Below, in pieces: positions 11,910 to 23,199 of a DNA stretch of 64,000 bases. The DNA is taken from contig JAPEUD010000036.1 of assembly GCA_026026165.1 (NCBI GenBank), forward strand, positions 62,001 through 126,000, in the 5' to 3' direction. Origin of the DNA: Sarea resinae. Taxonomy: Eukaryota. Position numbers and translations under genes: made by a program. The notes beneath the pieces are model-generated. The model saw only the letters and a list, made by a program, of their open reading frames with translations. It was not told where the DNA came from and did not search any database. How positions within the stretch are numbered: position 1 is the first letter of the stretch; each line of letters begins with the position of its first letter.

Positions 11910-14465
11910 ATGGATCAGAGACTCAGCTGGCTTTCTGAGAATTTAGTCTTGGGGGAGGATTTTTCCGTAGCTTCACATATCATGACGACTGACCTGACTT
12001 ATGAAGACGCATTCAATGCCCTCTACTCCTACCGCCTACCATCTACTGATATGCCCCCGATGAAAGAGGCCACAGATGATTCCTGCCCAGGAAGGCAGCT
12101 CTCAAAGCGAGAACAAGAAGAACTATTGGACTCTCTGAAGACTATTTTCCAGAATGCCGTCGAAGCAGCCGACGAAGACGGAGACGGCGATGCCCAAGAG
12201 GTTCAGGGGAGTGAGAGCAGCAAAAGCGCCGGCAATGCCAAGAAGATAAAAGCACTAGAAGAAATAAAGAAGATACTGGATCGTCTATGGTTTCCTACCT
12301 CTGAGGTCATGATCAGAGCTGCCGAAGTGCTGGCGAACGGTAGTCGAGCTCGTGAGCCTCCCGTTTCTGCCTTTCCAGCTGGCTGCCAAAAGGGACTGAC
12401 AGAACCTAGCGGAATGGCGAAGACCTCTGGGTCAATCCGGCGTACTGGAGTTTTTCTGCCAAGTTGTGGCAACTCCTGGTGTTCGATCCGAAATAACACT
12501 GCAGAGCCTACGCTTGGTCGGAAACTCTTGCGCAGACACTGGTATGCCTCAAGGTGTGCAGATCACAGTGTGTCAAAAATGCTCACGATTGTCTTCTTTC
12601 AGATGAAAATAGACAGCGTGTTGTCGATCATAATAATTTAAAGCCTATCATTCAGTGCCTACGAAATCCTTCATTGGTTGAGATTGCGGTTCCCGTGGTA
12701 TATAATATATGTCTCGACCATGGTAAGTTTACTTTTAATACATCTCAAGAGTGCGCTGATTAGGTGGAAGACTCGGCGGCGCAGCAAGCTGGGAGCGCTG
12801 GTCTGGGCGCTATTATACTCGAGACGATTTCGGACCAGAATATACCTCGAACCGGGGCCTTGTTTGACACTACATGTCGCTTGCTTGAGCTCGTATCATC
12901 ATATAGTAGGCCTTCCATAAAATGAATTCTGGCTTGTTCGCTGACACTGAAAAGCCGAATGCAGAGATGCTTCCCCCGAGAACGCCGCGGAGCTCTTGTT
13001 CAAGGCTGCTGGCGAGCCTGAAGTCGAACTCGACGATTTTCTCGCTCTCGTTGGCTCAGCTACAGCCTATCTTCAGGATGTCCGCTCTCAGAAAAGTTTG
13101 GTAAAAGCTCGGTCTGTCGAATTCCCTCTCTCTATCCTCGTCGACTCATATTCGAGGTTTTCTTCCGAGGAGAGACAGAGCATACAGACGAGCTCTGAAA
13201 GTACCGAGAACGAGACTTCACAGGAAAAGGAGGATCAGAAGCTACTTTCTCAAATGCGCGGAAACCTCATCGAGGCACTGTCTGAGGTTTCTGCGCTCGA
13301 TGAATTTGCCAAAGCATACCCCCTCGATAGCCGCCTCATTGGGTCCCTTCGACTGTGGCTATCCGTGCCTCAGGCACAATTAAAAGTGTGCGCTTGTATC
13401 ATGCTCGGGAATCTCGCGCGTTCCGATGAAGTCTGCAGAGAGATGGTCCAATTATACAAGGTCCATGTACCGCTGACTTCTAATATCAGGGAGAGTAGTG
13501 AAGGCTCCGTGATGCATGCAGCTGCTGGCTTTCTCAAGAACCTTAGCCTTTTACAAGAGAACAAAGCTACTCTAGCAGATGCTGGTCTCATCGAGGCCTG
13601 CTCTAGGCTATGGAAAATGGATACAAACCCACAGATTCAATATGCGGGAGCCAGTCTTGCTCGTCAGCTCATCAGTAAATCCTACGACGCGATTCAGCAT
13701 CTTTTAGTGTCTCTCTCACAAGACCCCGATTCTCCAGCCTACTCTCGGACGTATCTGTCGCTGCTTCTTTCACTTTTCGAGACGTCCGACCAAACACCCA
13801 CCAAGACCGAGGTCGCGAGGACTATTGCTGCGATCTGCCGAGTACTCAATTCGACAAACGATTCTGGAACTGCAAGAGAGCAGCTAGAAGAGACAAATCA
13901 CCGACTCTACTCACTCCATCCCAACGTTGGTCACCCAATATCCGTCATGGTGTGCCAAGACAAATGGCCTATAGTTCGCTCAGAAGGCTGGTTTGCATAT
14001 GCGCTGATGGCCAGAACTGAAGAAGGCGCCTCTGTTGTCAATGAGTGCTTGCGTAGCACGCTTGTTCTTTCAAGTTTGCTCAAAACGGTCTCCAGAACGG
14101 CTTCTACCACCAACGATGACACGGAGCGAGTGCCTTCGCCACCAGATCAGCCAGCACCAAATCAGCCAGCAAATATTGATGCGACGGTAGATATGCAGGA
14201 AAAGGATGTAGAAAACATTCTAGTACTTGTTAGCGAACTTTCAAAATGGCTTGTAAGTGATAATATCGTCCCTTAAGCTATGCCAGCCGTCAGACTTATC
14301 CGCCTCTGATAGGGCGAAAGGATGGGGCCTGCCCGAAGACAGTTCTTTGATGATATTCTACGAAAGGGGAAATCCTTCGCTGGGTCGTTCAGTGAGCTTT
14401 TAGAGCAGGTGACTGCCGTGGAGGAAGCAAACGGAGATCACTATATTATGTCCACCACGACTTAG
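11910..14465 (+). CDS. ARM-repeat protein, SmgGDS/RAP1GDS1 (Bem4-like) GTPase regulator
   Basis: Multi-exon; motifs QSLRLVGNSCAD, CACIMLGNLARSDEVC, HAAAGFLKNL, VRSEGWFAYALMA; last exon ends TAG 14463-14465. Start codon uncertain (11910 or 11982). Confidence 0.8.
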
Positions 14466-15029
14466 CTGCTAGCTGGGATCATTAATCATTCATCTTCAAC
14501 TCTGCTGTTGCGTTGCGTAGTTCAAGATACCATTTTGAGGCAATTTGACAGCATGAATTGCCCCATGACAAAAGCTCACAGCACCAGTGACGCCGACTTG
14601 ATGTAGTATGTCAATGATCATCATATACTCTACATGTAGACTTGAACGTGAACGTGGGGCTTCCAACAGCACTGGGCTCGACATGGCTAAAGGAGGCCGG
14701 AGGGGAAAAACCTTTAGCCGGATTTCACCATGACCGGTGCTGTGGTGGCGTTCTGGTTCTGGCTAGCGAGGACGGGCCGTCGATATTTATCGGAAGCTGG
14801 ACCTTGAAGAGATAATCTCGCTGTATCTTGCTGCATCCTCCGAACTTATTGCTTTCAGCTTCCATCGTGAAAACCTGCATCTTCCTTTTCCATTTGGGCC
14901 TCATATTTTTCATACGAAGAATGCGAGCCTCTGAAACAGCATCTCGTTTCATCTAAGGCATTTACTGCTGGTGTTTCTCTCTAAATTCATTCACATGAAT
15001 GGTCTCGATTGCGCCTTTCGCCGCGAGAC

Positions 15030-18000
15030 ATGAGGAGAGCTTTGGTATGTAGACCACCCCCAGAGAACTCACGACGAGGCCACTTACGAACTCTCTGTGA
15101 TCAGTTTTCTTTCAGACCGTTTATTATGCCTAGAACGTGGAAGCCAGACCCCTTGGCGGTGCCGTCATGGCGGACCGCAACTGCCGGGCCACCGATCCCA
15201 AATAACAAATCATACTCGACCGCGCAGCAAGATAGACTCTGGGAAGATTCTCCCAATGGCAACTTAGCGATACCTAATGATAGTCAACCTAGAGAAGCGC
15301 AGCATCCTGGCAGCCATCCACGGACGGCTCACGCCTGGAAACCTCATCCTCAAGCCGGCGGAGGGCAACACGCGCCGGCTGCTCGGGGTGCCGGCAGAGG
15401 ACGAGGTGGGCCTCCCCTTTCGGGAGCACAGGAAATACTTGCGCGAAGACCGAAACGCAAAGAGACATCACCTGCTCCACCACGACCGGCCCAACGCGCG
15501 CGACATGGACCACCTCTTGATCTGATGGATGAACCGTATATACGACGCCACTTCAAGATACCCACCGCTGCGGAGTATCCTGGAGCGCCGCAAAATCTGG
15601 CAATCCAGCCTCAGGTAGTGCTTCGTAAGGTGGGGGGTGGTGCTCTCAAGATCAAAGGAAGGGTTACCACTCTTCCAAGGGGTAATTTCAAATACAATAT
15701 CACCTGCCAAATTCCTGATAGGGAACCAGTCATCGTCCACGGAGAGGGAAATAGTCAGGTATGCTTCTGATTCTATTGAGCGTCAACGGTCTACTGACTT
15801 CAGTCATAGAAAGCTGCCGAGAAAGCCGCCTTCTTGCGCCTACTTGCAGACTTCCATGAGTCTGGCATTCTTAAAGAGATCTTTCACGACGATCCTTCAG
15901 ATGAAGAGGTCGATCAACAGACATTACAAGACGAGGCCGATGCTAAGACAGACATCTATAACTACGCGGCTCGATTTGACCTAGTGCCACAGCTAACCGT
16001 GCGGCCAATTTTCCGACCCTTCCGAGCAAGGGGTAAGAAGTTGATTGAGGTCTCAATTGAGCTTCCAGACCAAGGAATAAAGGTAGCGGGGAGGGCACTC
16101 AACTTGAAGGCTGCGGAAGTTGGTGCGTCTATTCGGTTCAAGCAAGAGGCCGAAAAATACCACGCGGAGCATGGTGACAGCTCTCTTGTCATCAAGGATT
16201 CTACTACTATCAATTCTTCGAACGTCAAGAAGTTCTTTGAATTTTATCAGATACACCATAAGGATGCCAAGTTTGAGACGGATACGAAGCGGGTGACTGG
16301 TCTCAAGCAGTTTGGGTCTATACCATACCGTTCTCAGGTCCTCATGAACGGAGAGCCTATTGGGGAACCCGTTGATATGATTGCCCAGAAGAAGGCTGAA
16401 GAGCTGGCATATCTTACCGCTGCTATTGCCCTGAAGAAGATGGAGCCAGACCTGCATCACCAATTCGCCCGTGCCCTCCAAGCCGGCAATGGGGAGATTT
16501 TGAAACCAATCCCGCCGATTACTATGCCTGTCGATATGGACTGCGTCCTTGTTATGCGCGAGACACTTTATGAGACGAGGACTGCGGGCCTCCCAGATGA
16601 AGCCGAAGAGATATTGTCGGACGAAGAATTAGAAGAAAACAGGAGGGTACGGCCGCGACCAAAGCTTTCTCCTGCTGCGATTCAGAGAAAAAATGAGACG
16701 CTTCTCCAGAAGCATCAGAAATACCTGGAAGATCCGAAATTGGAAGAGATGAGGAAAAAGAGGGAAGAACTTCCCATGAACCATTACCGAGCCAAGGTCA
16801 TCGATATCGTGGAAAATAACACCTATAGCATTATCGTTGGAGCTACCGGAAGTGGTAAGACCACTCAAGTGCCTCAAATCTTGCTTGAGCATGCAACCTC
16901 CGCAGGGAGTGGAGCAGCATGTAACGTCGTTTGCACTCAGCCGCGAAGAATTGCCGCAATATCAGTTGCAAATCGAGTTGCCAACGAGCGTAACGAGCCT
17001 CTGCAAAATTCCATCGGCTATCAGGTCCGGTTTGACTCGAAAATCCCTCAAGCTGGAGGCAGTGTCCTATACTGCACCACTGGTATTCTATTGAAGCAGC
17101 TTCAATCATCTCCAGATGAGATTCTGGATGGCACATCCCATCTCATCATCGACGAAGTTCACGAGCGCGACATACTAATTGACTTTCTTTTAATTATACT
17201 CAAGAAAGTCATGACAGACAGAATAAAAATTGGAAAGCACGTACCTAAAGTGGTTTTAATGAGCGCAACCATGGATACTGAACTCTTTGCCGGGTACTTC
17301 AAGCAAACTTCGCCTCATGGCAAGCTCGTGGGATGCCCCTCACTCAGTGTACCAGGACGAACATTTCCTGTACAGGAAAATTATCTAGACGGGATCCTAG
17401 AGACCCTCAACAAGTCATACTCGAAAAATGAGCTGCAAGTGATGAACTCCGACCCACCAACCCGGGAATTCATTGCATTCGAGAATGCGTTTCGATCCTC
17501 TTTACCATCTAGCAACCAAGGAACGGCCACTCCTGAGGAGGCTGGATCCGATGCTGAAGCGACCATTGACTGGAAGCGCGAACGTATTCTATCCGCAGAA
17601 GGGGAAATGGCAATCTCAAATGAGAAGGAGGATGCATGCATTCCTTTTGGGCTCATCGCCACCATCATCGCCCATATTACCAAGGTTAGCGAAGAAGGAG
17701 CTATACTCGTATTCTTGCCAGGCTTGGACGAGATCCTCAAGGTCGACGATATCTTACGTCGTCTGCGTCCTCTTGGAGTGGATTTCAAGGATGAGTCAAA
17801 ATTCAAGCTTCAAATGCTGCATTCATCAATCCCGGCTGGCCAGACAGACGTCTTCAATCCTGTTGCGAAGGGTTGTCGTAAGGTCATCTTGGCTACCAAC
17901 ATCGCAGAGACCTCTATCACTATACCAGACGTCCAATATGTTGTGGATTCCGGCAAGCTTCGGGAGAAGAGGTATGACCAGATCCGACGCATCACGAAGT

Positions 18001-19460
18001 TGCAATGTACCTGGGTCAGCAAGTCGAACTCGAAGCAGCGAGCTGGTCGTGCAGGCCGTGTCCAGAACGGCAACTACTACGCTCTCTTCTCCAAGCCTCG
18101 CTACGAATCTCTACGAGCCATCGGATTACCGGAAATGCTACGCTCAGATCTCCAAGAAATCTGTCTGGATATCAAGGCTCAAGCTTTCAAGGCTCCCATT
18201 CGAGATTTCTTGGCCGAAGCTATTGAGCCTCCATCCGCAAAAGCAGTTGATGCCTCCGTTAACAACCTGCAAGCACTAGAAGCACTGACGGAGGACGAAA
18301 AGCTCACCCCGCTTGGCCGGCTCCTAGCCTCCCTTCCTGTTCATCCTTCTCTCGGCAAAATGATCGTCCTAGGTGTCCTCTTCCGCTGCCTCGATCCCAT
18401 GCTCATCCTCGCCAGCGGCTCTAGCGATCGTAGTCTCTTCGTCAGTCCCATTGACGCTCGCAGACAGGCAACAGAAGCGCGTCTTGCCTTTGTAGAAGGC
18501 ACAGGGAGCGATCATATCGCCATGATCAACGCCTTCCGTGAAATGCGCCGCATCCGCGAAGAAAAGGGCCAAGGCGCCATGGTTGCCTTTGCCCACCAGA
18601 ACTTTATCCACATGGGCGTCTTCAAACTCATCACGCAGGTCGCCAAACAAATCGAGGAGATCCTTGTCGAAGCCAAATTGATTCCTTACACCCCCATCCA
18701 CGAACGCTACAACTACGAATTTGGTCCTCCAGACCTCAATCGCTTCTCCTCGAAGATCCCACTCATCAAAACCCTCGCGCTGGCAGGCCTCTATCCTAAC
18801 CTGGCCGTTAATGCCGGCGGTCGCAGTTTCCGCACTCCGGGCGAGAAAGGCTGCATGGTGCATCCATCGTCCATCAACTATCTTCGCAGTGCCGGTACCT
18901 TTAACAACTCCCATGCCTCCGAAGAGGATAATAAGCATCCTTACGGTACCCTTTTCGCCTACAGCACCATGGCGCGCTCCAATGACGGGCGTCAGACTTT
19001 CCTCCGCGACACCTCCACCTCCACACCTCTAATGGCTACCTTGTTCGGCGGTCGCCTACGCAATCCCAGCCGCAATATTCTTGAAATGGACGGCTGGCTC
19101 CCCTTCTACGTCCGTGGCGACGACACCCGAGCGGTCAAGACGATCGTCGAGTTCCGCAAGGCGTTGGACCGCCTGCTTACGGGCGCCTTCCGAGACTTGA
19201 GGGATCTTGGCAAACCGCAGGGAGGCAGATGGGGGGACCGGAGCAGGATGCAGAGGGAGAAGAGAGGAGGCTTCGGCGGCGCAAGTTGGCGGAATGGGAA
19301 TGCGAATGGATATGATAATGAGAGCGATGACGGCCAGGGACCAAAGTATCTCGCGGACGAGAAGGCTAGGGACCTGTTCAGTCAGGGCTTGGTCGAGGTA
19401 TTGGATCGCGATGTTAGAGTTCGCGAGGGCATTGCCAGACGCGGATGGCGACGACAGTAG
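15030..19460 (+). CDS. DEAH/RHA RNA helicase, DHX30/DHX36/DHX57-like, with N-terminal dsRBD-like repeats
   Basis: GATGSGKTTQ, TQPRRIAA, DEVH, MSAT, ATNIAETSITIPD, QRAGRAGR, HA2/OB regions; intron 15759-15809 joins the two ORFs in frame. Confidence 0.93.
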
Positions 19461-20272
19461 TAAAACGTCTGTTTCTATAGGTCTATCTCTGGCTGTCTTT
19501 TGGCTTTCTCAGTGTTGTGGTACTTTCTTAATATACATGCATGTCCCCATTTTCATCCTCTTCCCATATGTGCCTTATCCTTAGACTCAGGGCTGAGGGG
19601 TCTGTCGTGCAACTCTGGTGGATTCATTTCTCGTCTGCTTCTATCTTCTCTTTCTAGGTTCGTGCCTGGATTGGAGACAAAAACATCGGCTTCTATCCAT
19701 CCCTGCTGATTCATCGAAGCTATTAATTCGATAGAGAAGGAAAGCGGAGACTTGCTCTGTCTTCAAGTCTTTTAGCTTAGCTATCGCATTTCTAGACTAT
19801 CTACTTGGCTAGCCACTACTATAGTGATATTCACTTAGAATTCAATGTGCAAGATACGTCTCGTTCTCTAGCTAGTACTTCTTGCTGCTGCTCAGTTCCC
19901 TGGATATCGAGTGAATTTGAAGTAGGCAAACAGGAATGTAGTGAATGAGTGAGTGAGTCATGTGTAGGTAGGCTACATATACCTTTCCATGGCAAGACTA
20001 CTTAAAGGTGCGTCCTTCCTGCACCACCTTCTTATCATTTTCAATAACTTACAACCTCATACATCTGTAAGGTCCAGTAAATAGGCAAACCTGTTCCTAC
20101 ATGCGCCAAAAAGACGACTATAGCTTGGTACATCCGGGCTGTGCCTAGGTGTTTGCCTACTATATAGCAGCGCTCCTCACATCATAGGGCTAAAGTTCAC
20201 CGATCCTTATTGGTACACAGTGTAATACTGCTGACTACCTACCTAGCCAGATACTTGTAGCGCAACAGAATA

Positions 20273-21920
20273 GTGTCAAATGCCACTAGCTTTGTGCTAC
20301 TCTTGCCGCACCTCGAATTAAAAATGCAACAACGGCTAAATATGGTCATTCGAGGCCCGACAAGCGCCAAAAATCTTCCCCTCTCTATTCCCTGCAGAGC
20401 CCTTATAATTCTCCTAAGGCGTGGATATCTCGAGGATCACGACATGCTCGAAACGCTGATGAGTGGTAATGAGCAAGACATAGCCATCCTACCTGCTGCT
20501 TAGCATCAGCCGATTTTTCTTGCCGCGACAGCTCATGGACTAGGACTATCAGGATGCCCTAGGAGTGCAAAGTCTTCGACGGGGTATCTAAACATACAGG
20601 CTACGTGGGCCGGGTATCCTCCTAAAACAAACATGTACTTATAGAGGAGGAAGGCAGGAACAAACGTTGAGAGAGCTGCAGGTATTTGCAAAGAAAGTTT
20701 ATTCATGGCACACCAGACTCGCTCTATGGTCTGTGAGAAACATTACGATCAAGGCCTATACGACTTCGATGTCATAGGTGTAGCATTTGAAGGTACTAAT
20801 AGCCGTGGCTTAGATATCCTTAAACAAGAGTTATTAGAAGCAGTACAACGTGCAAAGCTAGTGAGGGTCAGTATAGATAGAGACCTTATTATTAACGCAT
20901 TTGGTACAATACTATGCGGAAGTGCAGGCGGCAAAAGCAGAAAGCAGCAAAAGGGCACTAAGACAGGCAAAGAGAAGAGTGAAGCAGGCAGCCTTAAAGG
21001 CTGTGTTAGCAGAAGAGGTTGCCCTATAGCGGAAGCCGCGAACTCTACTAGAAGTACAAGAGCGGCTAGAAGAACTGCAACGCTTGTCTGAGATACTAAA
21101 AAAGATTGCAGCAAGAATAGACAAGGATGCTATGACCTTGGGCTAAGATAATACGCAAGTCGAAGAAGATATGGATGAGACTTCGGCAGGTGACTAGTTC
21201 CGGGATGTTGAAGTCTCCGGCAGCCAGACGCCGTGAGCAAGAATACCGGAGACAGCATCCCGAGGTACGCCTTTGAAGCAATATGCCCTCGAAAAGATGA
21301 CAGTACTGATTGCTGATCCACTCCTCGCTCAGGCCCTACCAAACACCGAAAACGCTGTCGAGAATGAAGACGGCGCTAGCCATAGAGAGGAGCACGAGGT
21401 TGAAGTTGATCCGGACGAGCATCCATGGGAGCACAGCACAGCATAAACAGAGCTAAAGAGAGTTAACACAAATGTGATCGAAAACCTAGAAGAATGGCGC
21501 AATCTAGTGTTGAAGTTTATAACGCTTATCCTAGAGCTATCGAGTTTATCTCTAGACAGGACCTTCAGGTGCCAGCTATGCTAAATGGACCCAGACGCAT
21601 CAACGGAAAAGAAAAAAGAGCGGGATTGGGTATTCCAAACCCAGCTAGACTACCACGTGAATAGCTTATACCATTCCCTATTTTTGGCCCTTCGCCGCTG
21701 GCTGAAGAAAGAGCAGCAGGAGACCAGAAGTTTAACATGCCCCTTTGGCTATATAAAGGTCTACAGGCAAATGTCTTATCTAATTCGACATCCAAGCCAA
21801 AATACTAATACAACAAATATCTGCATTATACCCTCTTCAGCCACCACTCACCTACATTTCAAGACATTTACTGGTCTTAGACCTAGCTCGCTACCTATGT
21901 ATACCTATACAGTTTCATAA
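20273..21920 (+). pseudogene. DUF3435-like tyrosine recombinase with coiled coil and C2H2 zinc-finger tail
   Basis: Same frame through TAG 20501 and TAG 20642: LSIPCRALIILLRRGYL..QPIFLAA..AGYPPKTNMYL*RRKAGTNVERAAG..FMAHQTRSMVCEKHYDQGLYDFDV. Frameshift near 20903-20916; six further stops (21027, 21144, 21195, 21234, 21444, 21582); then CQLC..HVNSLYH and CPFG..LIRH. Confidence 0.7.
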
Positions 21921-23199
21921 GCTGATAAAGGGCGATTCTATAGCGAAAGGGCCTTTCTACATTGAGAGTTATTCCTAAGGTAAAGTGAGTGCACTAGTGA
22001 TGGTAAACAACTCTTATCCAGTATTTTACAATCTAAGGTATCTCCTACCGGTCAGGAAAGTTCGTCAAAGAAGAAATGCTTCCTTGAGACTATACCATGA
22101 AATCGGAAAGAGGGAAGCTGGCTGGTACAGCGAAGATTTCTTCCCCGGTAAAACGAGTCGAGGAGCCGCACACATAAAGCGAAGGACGTGTGTGCTAGGG
22201 GAAGATGAGATGAGCGATGGACCGTGGGAATTGAAAGCCAGCACCCCAGCTAGAACTGCCGGTGCACCATACCTGGAGGGGTTGGCTGTCTTCGGACCTT
22301 CTCCAGGAGGAACGCCAGGAGTTCATAACCTCAGCCTAGAGGTCAATGCAAAGGCCCTCCGCCAAGATCTTGGCTCAATTCCAGTTCCAGATGACGCTTT
22401 ACATCTGTCTTATAAAGCCGACGCTAGTCTGCCTCTTCCCGCGACTAGTCCTCCGCCTCCGTATGTTGAACAACCATCTATGGCTCAGTATCTCTTACCT
22501 GAGAACACATGTCCGCCATATTTCGATATTGAGGGTGAATATGCGCCTAGTCAGTCCTCTCGCATCTTATAAGCACTCTAGACTGGATGAGCAGCTGTCT
22601 TTACTTTGGTATGTCGTTTTCAGAGAGTAATGCACTACTGGAAGCAGAAGCAGCGACTATTTTGATTTCTTCAGGATTTTCGCTGCAATTCCTGGCAACG
22701 CCATGTAATGGCTGACCTTGACATTGATGTGAACAACGTCGAGAACGGACAAGTTGAGCTGAGGCTCATGATGCTAGGGCCGCCTGTAAAGAATACGGAA
22801 GAGAGCAGCGGGCCGATACTGCCCGGCCCTCCGTTCCCTCTCAGCGAGCGGTTTCTAGACATGATCGCGTTGATAATCCTCTACCCAGGAAGCATCCTCT
22901 CGGCAGATGCGCTCCAAGAGCGTATTGAGAGCCGTAAGATGAACCCTCTGCTGAGAAAATTCATCAGCAGAAACCTGGAAGCGATCGTCGCGGAAGCCGA
23001 AAAGCAGCAGGAAGAGCTCAACGGCCAGAACAGAGAAGGTTGCACGGTAACCTTGAAGAAAAGAAAGTAATGCCTTGTTGTGGCAATCAACCCGACTCCC
23101 AGCAAACAGTTCAAGTGGTCCTTGTGTTCAGGGCAGAGATTGGCGTTATCTAATAGTAGCTGACTCTGCAAAGGAGCGGCCCCTAAAAGCAATAGCAAG

